DNA of 64,000 nucleotides from Flavobacteriales bacterium (GTDB lineage: Bacteria > Bacteroidota > Bacteroidia > Flavobacteriales_E > Vicingaceae), in contig JACJZD010000006.1 of the NCBI GenBank assembly GCA_020635795.1, positions 36,073-100,072 of the forward strand, written 5' to 3'. The translations under genes were made by a program, and so were the position numbers. Under the pieces are notes generated by a model. That model saw only the letters and a program-made list of their open reading frames with translations. It did no database searches and was not told where the DNA came from. Below are positions 17,750-26,692 of this stretch, one piece after another. The stretch's first letter is position 1. Every line of letters begins with the position of its first letter.

Positions 17750-19075
17750 ATGAAAATAAAAACATCACATCTAATTATTTTACAAGGGCTATTGATGTTG
17801 GTTTTTTTGTTGATTACCGCTTGGTTTAATCGATTTTCTGCTGACGATTATTTTTGTATAGGAGAAATTAAAAACCATTCATTTTTTGATATCTATCAAA
17901 AGCTTTATTTATCATGGACGGGTCGTTGGACACTGTATTTTGTGATTCTCTTTTTTATGCAGTTTAACGTATATAGTTACTTTCTGTTTGCTATTGGTGT
18001 TTTGAGTTTTCTAATGTTGTTTTTTAGCATTTATAGTGTTTTAAATCAAATGCGTTTTAGACTTAATGTTAATTATTCAAAAGTTACTGTTGCAACGTAT
18101 ACTATGATTTTTATTGGTGTATTCTTTTTTTTTACACACACTACGAGTCAGTCTTGGTTTTGGATTTCAGCTTCTTTAGCTTATTTGTGGAGTTGTATTT
18201 TCTTTTTGTGGGGTTTAAATTCATTTTTAAAAAACGTTCCTCATATATTCGATTACCTTATTATGGTTTTTTGTGCGCTATATATAGGAGGATCAAATGA
18301 GGTTTTAGCGTTAATGGTTATTTTATTGCTTTTTGTATCATTTTTCTTTATTAAAAAGAAGACGAAAATTATTGTAACGTTGGTAACAATAACTTTCTCT
18401 TTTGGAATTTATATTTCTAGCCCAGGCACTGCTTTTAGAGACGGATTAACTCCCAATTTACCATTTGTAGATTTAATGCTATATGTTGGGTATGGTTCAA
18501 TAAAGTATTTAATTTTAGATGGATATAAAACCATTTTGCCAGCTATTGTATTTGCTTTTCCATTTTACGTTTTAGGGGCAACTACAACTACAAATTTTAG
18601 CACTAAGTTTAGTTTAAAACAAGAGTTAATAAAAACAGGGTTGTTTATTGCTTTTGTTGTTGTGTTTAATCAGTTTATTGTTATTTATGCTCTAGGTGGT
18701 TTGGCTCCCGATAGGTCAACGATTACTTCAAGTTTATTGGGTAGTTTAGCACTTGTTCGGTTTATGTTTTTGTTTGGAAATGCAAATAAGGAATCTAACA
18801 TTAATTTTAAACCAATTTTAGGGTTGATGGTATTGCTTCTTGTAGGGTTTAATGTGGTGTTTTTCACTGTACATTATACCTACAGCAAATCGGTAGATGA
18901 GCGAATGAATTATATTCAATCAAATAAAAACACCCCAGTAATTGAATTGAAAAAATTAGAAAATTCGGGATATATAAACAGTGCAGAAATTACCACTGAT
19001 TCGACTCATTTTTTGAATCAACATTTAAAATATGGGCTAGGGATAAAAGGGCAATTGGTTTTAAAACAAGATTAA
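17750..19075 (+). CDS. polytopic membrane protein, putative GT-C-like glycosyltransferase (paralog of 13476-14801)
   Basis: 441 aa, the same length as its paralog. It shares the ADD motif after TM1 (NRFSADDYF) and the C-terminal DSTHFLNQHL. Confidence 0.55.
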   Translation: MKIKTSHLIILQGLLMLVFLLITAWFNRFSADDYFCIGEIKNHSFFDIYQKLYLSWTGRWTLYFVILFFMQFNVYSYFLFAIGVLSFLMLFFSIYSVLNQMRFRLNVNYSKVTVATYTMIFIGVFFFFTHTTSQSWFWISASLAYLWSCIFFLWGLNSFLKNVPHIFDYLIMVFCALYIGGSNEVLALMVILLLFVSFFFIKKKTKIIVTLVTITFSFGIYISSPGTAFRDGLTPNLPFVDLMLYVGYGSIKYLILDGYKTILPAIVFAFPFYVLGATTTTNFSTKFSLKQELIKTGLFIAFVVVFNQFIVIYALGGLAPDRSTITSSLLGSLALVRFMFLFGNANKESNINFKPILGLMVLLLVGFNVVFFTVHYTYSKSVDERMNYIQSNKNTPVIELKKLENSGYINSAEITTDSTHFLNQHLKYGLGIKGQLVLKQD

Positions 19076-20613
19076 TCTTGTTTTAAAATAATGTCTTTTT
19101 TAATCGAACCTCTAAAATCACTTTTGCCTAGTATTTCAACATCTTCGCTATACATTTTATAACCTGGAACTTCAACCAAAATATTATACCTGCCAGGAGG
19201 TAAAATAATGATGTAACGACCGCTAATTGGGTTGGTTAAATACGAGCCATAAAGTTCGTCGGTTTGTAAATCCAATACCGAGATAAATACGTCTTTTATA
19301 ATATTTGATGTGTCTTGTGTTGTTACAAACCCTTTAATTACAGTGTATTCAGGTTCAACTTCGTTAAACGTAACGGCATAAATATCGTAATTACCCATAC
19401 CTTCAGCTCTTAAAGCTGAAATATAACCCGTTCTACCAGATTCTGATTCTCTAAAATTGGTATTGTCTTCTGGCGTGTTGATAGGAAAACCAACATTTTT
19501 AATGTCAGTCCAAATGCGTTTTACATTATCCCAAGAGGCTTTAAAAATGTCATAACCACCCATACTGGTGTGCCCTTTAGAACTAAAAAACAATGATTTT
19601 CCATCGGCGGTAATGTTAGGGAAATCTTCATCAAAAGGAGTATTGATTGATGGACCTAAGTTTTGAGCAGGACCCCATTCGCCGTTTGGTAATTTTAACG
19701 AAATGTATAAATCAACTCCTCCAAAACCACCATCTCTATCGCTTGCAAAGTAAATAGCATCACCATTTTTAGAAATGGATGCTGCAATTTCGTGATGTTT
19801 TGAATTGATGCTTTTAGGTAGTTTTTGAAGGTTTTTAACTTCTTCGTTTTCAAACTCGGCAATAAATAAATCACCAAAGTTTTTTTCGTTTTCAAAATAG
19901 AAAATCAAATAATCTCCATCAGGCGACATTCCAACAATTTCTTCATTACCCGTTAAGGTATTTATGTTTTGATCAAGTTTACGCACTTTACCCAACTCTC
20001 CGTTTTTTGTTTTCGAAAAATAAACTTCAGAGGTAAAAGTTCCATCTGGTTGTTTTGAGCTGCCGTCGTCTCGTTTAGAGTTGAATATCAAAAAACTCTC
20101 ATCTTTAGCAACAAATGGATAATAGTCTTTGTATTTTGAATTGATGTTGGCACCCAAATTTTTAAAAGAAACATCCAGCGGGAATTTCATTAATTCGATA
20201 GCATTGTAACAATATTCAATTTGTTTTTCTACATCCAACAAGTTTTCAGGATTACCTTTATTGGCAGATTTGAATTGCTCATACATTTTAATAGCGTCGT
20301 TAAAACGATAGGCAAAGTGATATGCTCTTCCCAGTAAATATCCTGTGTTTGGGTCAGCCTCTTCCGATTTTAATGCTTTTTCTAAATAACTAACCGCTTT
20401 GGCTTTATCAATGTTGGTGTTTAAATAACAAACACCAATACGGTAATTGTATTTTACATTTTCTGGTTCTTGCTTAGCAAGTTCTAAATAGTTTTTTAGA
20501 GCTAAATTAAAATCGCCTTGATTAAAGTTTTCACTAGCAATTTTGCTAGTAATTTCTTGAGAAAACAAGGTGGTAGCAATTAGAAATAAAACAACAATGA
20601 ATAGGTTTCGCAT
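19072..20613 (-). CDS. secreted TPR + PD40/TolB-like repeat + C-terminal carboxypeptidase-regulatory-like domain protein
   Basis: The ORF track opens at 20712, but ATG 20613 gives a clean signal peptide (MRNLFIVVLFLIATTLFSQ). It has TPR repeats, PD40 repeats (LFFSSKGHTSMGGYDIF, IYFASDRDGGFGGVDLY) and a C-terminal beta-sandwich (LYGSYLTNPISGRYIIILPPGRYNILV). Confidence 0.75.
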   Translation of the reverse strand: MRNLFIVVLFLIATTLFSQEITSKIASENFNQGDFNLALKNYLELAKQEPENVKYNYRIGVCYLNTNIDKAKAVSYLEKALKSEEADPNTGYLLGRAYHFAYRFNDAIKMYEQFKSANKGNPENLLDVEKQIEYCYNAIELMKFPLDVSFKNLGANINSKYKDYYPFVAKDESFLIFNSKRDDGSSKQPDGTFTSEVYFSKTKNGELGKVRKLDQNINTLTGNEEIVGMSPDGDYLIFYFENEKNFGDLFIAEFENEEVKNLQKLPKSINSKHHEIAASISKNGDAIYFASDRDGGFGGVDLYISLKLPNGEWGPAQNLGPSINTPFDEDFPNITADGKSLFFSSKGHTSMGGYDIFKASWDNVKRIWTDIKNVGFPINTPEDNTNFRESESGRTGYISALRAEGMGNYDIYAVTFNEVEPEYTVIKGFVTTQDTSNIIKDVFISVLDLQTDELYGSYLTNPISGRYIIILPPGRYNILVEVPGYKMYSEDVEILGKSDFRGSIKKDIILKQD

Positions 20614-20741
20614 AGTAATGGTTAAAGTTAGCCTAACAAAAATAGAATCAATTTTATCAATACACAACATTTGATGCTGAATTAATAATTTTTGTAATGC
20701 TTTATAGGTCAATAATTTCTATAAAACACTACATTTGATTT

Positions 20742-21536
20742 ATGGTTTTGAATGATACGCTATTGTTTTTACAATTACGCTGGCTCGATGCGTTGGATAT
20801 CCTCTTGGTATCTATCATCATGTATCAATTGTATAAGTTGGTAAAGGGAACCGTTGCCATTAAAATATTTTTAGGGGTTTTGGCTATTTACTTGTTTTGG
20901 AAATTTGCTGAGGTATTTAAAATGCAGTTGTTAACCGAAATTTTGGGCAAATTTATCAGTTTAGGAATGTTGGCGTTGATTATTGTTTTTCAGCAAGAAA
21001 TACGACGATTTTTATTGATGATAGGAAACAATAGGCTGTTTAACTCCAAAAAAGGAACATTTTTTAATTTGCTTCAAACGAAAGTAAATGAACACGAAAA
21101 GCTAAAGATTACGCCAATTATTGAAGCGTGTAAACGCTTATCAAAAAATAAAACTGGGGCTTTAATTGTTCTTGATTTCAATACCGAATTAAAATTATTT
21201 ATTGATTCTGGAGAAAAAATCAATGCGAAAATTTCTTCCTCTTTGTTGGAAAACATCTTCTTTAAAAATAGCCCTTTGCACGATGGTGGAGTTATTATAC
21301 AGGAGAATTTGATAAAAGCGGCAAGTTGTATTTTGCCCGTTTCCGAAAACTTAGATTTCCCTTCGCATTTTGGGTTGAGACACCGAGCCGCAGCTGGTAT
21401 TACCGAATCTACTCAAGCCATGGCAATTATCATTTCTGAAGAAACAGGCAAAATATCGGTGAGTAAAAAAGGAGAAATTTATTACAATTTAAGTTTAGAA
21501 GAGTTAGAGCATCAAATCAATAAAGAAATTCACTAA
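20742..21536 (+). CDS. cdaA: diadenylate cyclase (c-di-AMP synthase, membrane-anchored CdaA/DacA type)
   Basis: 264 aa. Three N-terminal TM helices, then DAC-domain motifs GALIVL, PLHDGGVII, GLRHRAAAGITE and IIISEETGKISV. Confidence 0.9.
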   Translation: MVLNDTLLFLQLRWLDALDILLVSIIMYQLYKLVKGTVAIKIFLGVLAIYLFWKFAEVFKMQLLTEILGKFISLGMLALIIVFQQEIRRFLLMIGNNRLFNSKKGTFFNLLQTKVNEHEKLKITPIIEACKRLSKNKTGALIVLDFNTELKLFIDSGEKINAKISSSLLENIFFKNSPLHDGGVIIQENLIKAASCILPVSENLDFPSHFGLRHRAAAGITESTQAMAIIISEETGKISVSKKGEIYYNLSLEELEHQINKEIH

Positions 21537-23026
21537 TGCTTAAGCACCAACATAGCAAAAAAGCCATTTTGGGAGTTCTTTCAATACTATTGGCTATTGT
21601 TGTTTATTTTTTGGTTCCTAACGAAAACCCACAAGCGCCAATTATGGCTGCTATTGTGGTAATTATGGCAATGTTTTGGGTGTTTGAAATTATTCCAATT
21701 CCAATAACTTCATTGCTTCCGCTCATCTTATTTCCTTTGTTTGAAATAGCCGATTCGAAAGAAACAGCCTTGTTTTATGGTAAGGACATTATCTTTTTGT
21801 TTTTAGGAGGTTTAATTCTTGCTCAAGCCGTACAAGTGTCGAATTTACATAAGCGATTGGCTTTGAATACGGTAAAAATAATAGGTACAAACCCAGTTCG
21901 ATTGGTGTTGGGATTTATGATTGCTACCGCTTTTTTAAGCATGTGGATATCTAACACCGCATCGGTAATGGTAATGATGCCTATAGCCATTTCTATCATT
22001 GATAAAACAGCAGAAACAATTAAGGATAAAAAATTGCTTAAAAAATTGGGGTTGAGTTTGTTGTTAGGTATTGCTTATGCTGCAGATATTGGGGGTATGG
22101 CTACTTTGGTAGGAACGCCACCCAACATGGTTTTTGTAGAAATGTACCATTCTCTTTTCCCCGATTTACCTGCGGTAGGTTTTGCCGAGTGGATGTTAAT
22201 GGGGTTGCCCATTTCCATCATTTTTATTTTTACGGGTTGGCTGCTCATGACTAAAGTGATTTTTAGAATACCAGCATTTAAATTGTTCGAAAACAAAGGC
22301 ATTATTAAAGACGAATTGAAACAGTTGGGTAAAATGCGACAGGACGAATGGGTGGCAGGAATTGTTTTTGGCATAGCCGTATTGTTGTGGTTAACGGGTT
22401 CTGATTTGACCATTGCCGAAAATTATACTATTAGAGGCTGGCGAACCATTTTTAACTTACCAATGGTTAACGATTCAGCGGTTGCAATTGGTACGGCAGT
22501 TTTGTTGTTTATGATACCCTCAAAAGACCGAAAAAATGAAATGATGTTGACATGGGATCATGTAAAAACCTTGCCATGGGGAATTTTACTCTTGTTTGGT
22601 GGTGGTTTTGCATTGGCAGGTGGTTTCGATAATTCAGGGCTGTCAACTGTAATTGGTAATGCGTTTAACCATGTAACCATTGATTCACCAATTGTATTGA
22701 TAGTAATAGTTTGTTTGGTGTTAACGATGTTAACCGAATTTACATCAAACACAGCTACAACCAATTTAGTGTTGCCCATTTTGGCAAAGGCAAGCGTGGT
22801 ATTGGGTGTCGACCCAAGAGTATTGATGATACCAGCAACCTTATCTGCAAGTTGTGCTTTTATGATGCCTGTTGCATCGCCAACACAAGCCATTATTTTT
22901 GGTTCTGGTAGGGTGCCAATACGAGAAATGGTTCGAGCAGGTATTTTATTTAACTTGTTGGGAGTTGTAATAGTAACAGCAATATTCTATTTGCTTGCCA
23001 ACTTTGTTTTTGGGATTAACCTATAA
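21536..23026 (+). CDS. SLC13/DASS family anion:Na+ symporter (sulfate or di/tricarboxylate)
   Basis: 496 aa, polytopic. Duplicated SNT-type hairpin motifs are present (WISNTASVMVMMP and EFTSNTATTNLVLP). The ATG overlaps the cdaA stop (TAATG). Confidence 0.8.
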   Translation: MLKHQHSKKAILGVLSILLAIVVYFLVPNENPQAPIMAAIVVIMAMFWVFEIIPIPITSLLPLILFPLFEIADSKETALFYGKDIIFLFLGGLILAQAVQVSNLHKRLALNTVKIIGTNPVRLVLGFMIATAFLSMWISNTASVMVMMPIAISIIDKTAETIKDKKLLKKLGLSLLLGIAYAADIGGMATLVGTPPNMVFVEMYHSLFPDLPAVGFAEWMLMGLPISIIFIFTGWLLMTKVIFRIPAFKLFENKGIIKDELKQLGKMRQDEWVAGIVFGIAVLLWLTGSDLTIAENYTIRGWRTIFNLPMVNDSAVAIGTAVLLFMIPSKDRKNEMMLTWDHVKTLPWGILLLFGGGFALAGGFDNSGLSTVIGNAFNHVTIDSPIVLIVIVCLVLTMLTEFTSNTATTNLVLPILAKASVVLGVDPRVLMIPATLSASCAFMMPVASPTQAIIFGSGRVPIREMVRAGILFNLLGVVIVTAIFYLLANFVFGINL

Positions 23027-23119
23027 CCTCCACAAACTGTTTATAAGTTTTAATATTTATTTCGTTAATTAAATAACGAGGTTTATTAAGTTTGTTTAAA
23101 AGTAAAAAATATAGAGATT

Positions 23120-23485
23120 ATGAGTTTATCAATTAAAGGAAAAATAACAAAAGTTTTAGACATTGAAACAGGAACAAGTAAGGCTGGTAAAGAATGGAAA
23201 AAGCAAGGATTTGTAATTGATTCAGGCGATCAATTTAACCCAGAAATTTGTTTTAGCTTATTTGGCGAAGATAAAATTAACATGTTAAGAAACTTTGGAC
23301 CAGGACAAGAAGTGGAGGTTTCTTTCAATGTGTCATCAAGAGAATTTAACGGTAAATGGTACCACAATTTAGATGCTTGGAGAATTTCTGGTGCTACTGC
23401 AAATGCAGGAAATAACGCTGAACCACAATTTGCTCCATCTATTGAAGATGCTCCATCTGACGAAGAAGATGATTTACCATTTTAA
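23120..23485 (+). CDS. DUF3127-like small protein with SSB-type acidic C-terminal tip
   Basis: 121 aa. N-terminus IKGKITKVLDIETGTSKAGKEWKKQGFVID and a C-terminal tail SDEEDDLPF. Confidence 0.65.
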   Translation: MSLSIKGKITKVLDIETGTSKAGKEWKKQGFVIDSGDQFNPEICFSLFGEDKINMLRNFGPGQEVEVSFNVSSREFNGKWYHNLDAWRISGATANAGNNAEPQFAPSIEDAPSDEEDDLPF

Positions 23486-23503
23486 TAAAGAAAATAGTTT
23501 TAT

Positions 23504-23537
23504 AAAAAAAGCCTCTCAAAAATTGAGAGGCTTTTTT
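23504..23537. terminator. bidirectional intrinsic terminator
   Basis: AAAAAAA-GCCTCTCAA-AAA-TTGAGAGGC-TTTTTT: a 9-bp stem flanked by an A-run and a T-run, between convergent genes ending at 23485 and 23553. Confidence 0.85.
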
Positions 23538-23552
23538 ATTTAGTGTTATAGC

Positions 23553-24431
23553 TTATTTTTCGCTCAGGGTTTTTATTTTTTCTGCCCATTGGTTTAAAAT
23601 TGCTTTTTGTGCTTCAAAATCTTGGTTAAACGGACCACAAACTATCTTTAATTCAGTTTGCTTAGTTTCTTCATTTCTTAAAAGTAGAAATTTCTCTACA
23701 TAAGAAACATCATTAATCAAGTAATCATTTTGTATGTAAAAGTTTCCAAACAACTTTTCACCATACTTACCAGTCATGTCATTATTGTTGGCGTAATAAT
23801 AATTAACGTTAGATGTTTTTCTCCAATCCTTACTTAACGTATTGTTCTTGTCGAAAATAGGCTGTAATGCTGTTGTAAATTTTTCGTCGGTCATTACTTC
23901 CCATACTTTATCGTCAGAAGCATCGATGGAGATGTTAAAACTTATAAATTGAGCATTAGAAATATTGGATACTTCATTTTCAGTTATAAACGTTACCTCT
24001 TTAAAATGTGCGCTTCCGTTACCACCATTCAAATACCTGAACCCTACAATTGAGTCATTCCCTACTTCTATTGCTTGTATCACAATGATAACTTCGTCTT
24101 TTTTACTGTATTGATTGTAAAATGTTGCCAATTTAGGTAGCTCCATGTTCATGGCTTTAGCTGTTGGATGTTCTTTTACATCAACATAAATCAACGATGT
24201 ACCATTTCTAGTTTCTGTTTCAGTTGGGAGTCTTCCACTAACCACAGGCACATTTTTCCAATTTTTTATATCTACTGCCGGGAATCCATTCAAGTTATCA
24301 GGACAATACCAGCCACCATAATGGTGTGCGGTTTCCTGTTTGTTGTTGGTGGGTTCTCCTGTTTGCTGACTTTCTGCATTTGTACATCCAAATAAGATGA
24401 TTAAGAAAGTACTTACTAATGTTTTGTTCAT
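23553..24431 (-). CDS. hypothetical lipoprotein
   Basis: 292 aa. Signal peptide plus lipobox (FLIILFGCTN). No confident domain call. Confidence 0.5.
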   Translation of the reverse strand: MNKTLVSTFLIILFGCTNAESQQTGEPTNNKQETAHHYGGWYCPDNLNGFPAVDIKNWKNVPVVSGRLPTETETRNGTSLIYVDVKEHPTAKAMNMELPKLATFYNQYSKKDEVIIVIQAIEVGNDSIVGFRYLNGGNGSAHFKEVTFITENEVSNISNAQFISFNISIDASDDKVWEVMTDEKFTTALQPIFDKNNTLSKDWRKTSNVNYYYANNNDMTGKYGEKLFGNFYIQNDYLINDVSYVEKFLLLRNEETKQTELKIVCGPFNQDFEAQKAILNQWAEKIKTLSEK

Positions 24432-24490
24432 ATATATAGTTTTTTGTTTGTTCGATAAAAGTACTTCGGTATTAAAGTTAGCTAGTTTAA

Positions 24491-24531
24491 TTAATGTAAA
24501 TTAATGTAAAATGACGGTAATTTAATGCAAT
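24491..24531 (+). promoter_or_regulatory. direct-repeat putative operator (TTAATGTAAA x2 in tandem plus TTAATGCAAT)
   Basis: Copies at 24491-24500, 24501-24510 and 24522-24531, with ~10-bp phasing. They lie in the divergent intergenic region immediately upstream of the winged-helix regulator gene. Confidence 0.4.
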
Positions 24532-24570
24532 TGCAATAATTTACTTAATAGAATCGAGTAGTTTTGTAGT

Positions 24571-25449
24571 ATGGCATTAAAAAGGCTCGGCACATATTTA
24601 GGAAGTTTTATTTTGGCAATAACGCTATTGTCGTTTAATTGGGCTGAAAAGGGTTTGTATGCCCAACATATCGATGTAGTGGTCCGAATGATAGGAGATG
24701 AATTTTTGCTCCAAATTGGCGACAGCACATCTCGCGTAATGCCCATCAAAAACATTGAAGGAAGGTATGTGATTCAATTTGAAAATGAACTTTCGTTTGA
24801 ACCAGAAGCACTTTCTTTAGCGGCTACCATAGTTGCCGAAAAAACAAACATGCTCAGCAGTTTTATTATTGAAACAGAAAACTGCTCGACTCACGAAGTG
24901 GTACATAGTTTTGAAATAAGCAGTAAACAAGACAACAGTATCATTCCTTGTAAATCGCGACCATTACCAAAAGATTGTTATACCGTTTATTTTACGCTGT
25001 TGGATGATGGAATTAAGTTTGTGCCTGTTACTGCACAAGAAAATAAAACAAGTACCGATTTTTTGTTTGGTTACTTAATCGCTTTTGGAGTTATCGTTTT
25101 AGGGTTTTTCGTATTTTGGTTAAAAAGAAAAAAAGCAATTGTTGTTCATCCCAGTTGGATTCAAATAGGTGAATATCAATTTGATAAAAACGGAATGAAA
25201 TTGATGTATAAAGACAAAAGCGAAGAACTTTCGAGTAAAGAAGCCAGTTTGTTGGAGTTGCTTTTTTCTAATGTAAACGAAACGGTAAAACGTGAAGAAA
25301 TTTTGCAGATAGTATGGGACGATGAAGGCGATTACTTGGGAAGAACATTGGATGTATTTATTTCGAAACTGCGTAAAAAACTGGAAGACGACCCTAACTT
25401 AAAAATTGTAAACATACGCGGAGTAGGGTATCGAATGGTGTTGGGCTAG
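24571..25449 (+). CDS. membrane-anchored one-component regulator: N-terminal extracytoplasmic domain, TM helix, C-terminal OmpR/PhoB-type winged-helix DNA-binding domain
   Basis: 292 aa. N-terminal hydrophobic segment LGSFILAITLLSF, a second TM helix FLFGYLIAFGVIVLGFFVFWLKRKK, then LSSKEASLLELL...LGRTLDVFISKLRKKLEDDPNLKIVNIRGVGYRM (Trans_reg_C pattern). There is no receiver domain. Confidence 0.75.
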   Translation: MALKRLGTYLGSFILAITLLSFNWAEKGLYAQHIDVVVRMIGDEFLLQIGDSTSRVMPIKNIEGRYVIQFENELSFEPEALSLAATIVAEKTNMLSSFIIETENCSTHEVVHSFEISSKQDNSIIPCKSRPLPKDCYTVYFTLLDDGIKFVPVTAQENKTSTDFLFGYLIAFGVIVLGFFVFWLKRKKAIVVHPSWIQIGEYQFDKNGMKLMYKDKSEELSSKEASLLELLFSNVNETVKREEILQIVWDDEGDYLGRTLDVFISKLRKKLEDDPNLKIVNIRGVGYRMVLG

Positions 25450-25460
25450 AGACTTCCTTT

Positions 25461-26087
25461 TTACTCAAGAACATACTTTCCGTTTACAAAAACATGCGTT
25501 CCTTCTTTTGGACAGTGGTTAATGAGATTTGTATATGGTACTTCCTCTACTATCGTTTCGGTTTTACCCTTTTTTTTAACCGTTTTCCATTCATAGGTAT
25601 GAGCCTTTGCATCTGATTTTACATTGCTTATTGTTATTGAACCAGTTCTATCAATTTTGAAACCGCAGGAACTAAATTCAAAACCTTTTACATGTTTTGG
25701 GTCTCCATAAGCAAGAAATCGATTGTAATTCGATTGGTAGGATGTTACTGCTTCAAAAAGCATTTCTTTTGTGTCCAAATTCCAAATTTCATATTTTGAT
25801 ATTTGAGTATTCTCATCAATGTCGAATGTACCACCATGCTCGTTTATACTTCCAGAACAACTTCTAAAAAACACTAATTCTTTAGCTCCAATACCATCAA
25901 TTTGAACGCTGTCGGTAATTTTTAAATCACAATTACAAAAGTTACCGATATTTATTTTACTTAAATAAATGGTATCTTGTTGATTGTTATATACATAAAT
26001 GCTTTTTTTATTGCCAATATTAGCAACAGTTTGAGCCAATAAAACCGTCGAGAAAATGAGTAAAAACAAGGAAAATGTTAATTTCAT
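25461..26087 (-). CDS. hypothetical secreted protein
   Basis: ATG 26087 gives the signal peptide MKLTFSLFLLIFSTVLLAQ. The ORF track start at 26114 adds 9 unlikely residues. Confidence 0.5.
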   Translation of the reverse strand: MKLTFSLFLLIFSTVLLAQTVANIGNKKSIYVYNNQQDTIYLSKINIGNFCNCDLKITDSVQIDGIGAKELVFFRSCSGSINEHGGTFDIDENTQISKYEIWNLDTKEMLFEAVTSYQSNYNRFLAYGDPKHVKGFEFSSCGFKIDRTGSITISNVKSDAKAHTYEWKTVKKKGKTETIVEEVPYTNLINHCPKEGTHVFVNGKYVLE

Positions 26088-26164
26088 GGTGTAAGCTGAT
26101 TTTAAAAACAACACACAAGAATTGTTCCAGTTACACTTTTCAACTTAACTACATTACTTACGGG

Positions 26165-26692
26165 TTACTTTGTTGTTTTACTTCCAAGCTGTATGCCCAT
26201 TTCTTCATAAACCAAGTCGTTGGGCTCCCACAATTCTATTTTGTTGCCTTCAATGTCCATAATGTGTACAAATTTCCCGTAGTCGTACGTTTCAATGGTA
26301 TCGGTAATGGTAACTCCTTCTTTTTTTAATTCTTCCACAAGAGCAGTTAAATTTTCAACGCGGTAATTTATCATAAACTCCTTGGTGGAAGGCTCAAAAT
26401 ATTTCGTTTTTTCATTAAACGGACTCCATTGCGAAAAACCTTTTTTGGTAGAATCGGCACCTTGAAACCACTCAAACACTGCCCCATATTGGTTGGTGTT
26501 TAACCCTAAGTGTTTTTGATACCATTCTCGCATTTTTGCAGGCTCTTTACATTTAAAAAAGATACCACCAATACCTGTAACTCTTTTTAAGTTGGTTTGG
26601 TCATCATCTTGTTTGGTAATGATGTTGTTTAATGCAAAACCAAAACAAAACGATGTTGCAATGGCTAAAATAATTAAGGTGTTTTTTTTCAT
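26165..26692 (-). CDS. VOC (glyoxalase/bleomycin-resistance) family protein with N-terminal signal/anchor
   Basis: 175 aa. Shows the VOC beta-alpha-beta-beta-beta pattern (GIGGIFFKCKEP...WYQKHLGL...FVHIMDIEGNKIELWEP). Confidence 0.65.
   Translation of the reverse strand: MKKNTLIILAIATSFCFGFALNNIITKQDDDQTNLKRVTGIGGIFFKCKEPAKMREWYQKHLGLNTNQYGAVFEWFQGADSTKKGFSQWSPFNEKTKYFEPSTKEFMINYRVENLTALVEELKKEGVTITDTIETYDYGKFVHIMDIEGNKIELWEPNDLVYEEMGIQLGSKTTK

Noticed and set aside
20614-20712. N-terminal extensions suggested by the ORF track (20712 for the TPR/PD40 gene, 27503 for a lipoprotein, 26114, 36665, 62028 for cysH, 62725 for yeeE, 2430, 7281, 8524).
   Set aside because: Internal ATGs give clean signal peptides or canonical N-termini and remove overlaps with upstream genes. 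The upstream extensions use non-ATG codons or add non-conserved residues.
24491-24531. Whether any of the short tandem or dispersed repeats (24491-24531, the six hairpin/G-tract copies, 13033-13067) represent a CRISPR array.
   Set aside because: No regular repeat-spacer periodicity exists, the repeat units are only 7-30 nt, the copies are dispersed tens of kb apart, and there are no cas genes.
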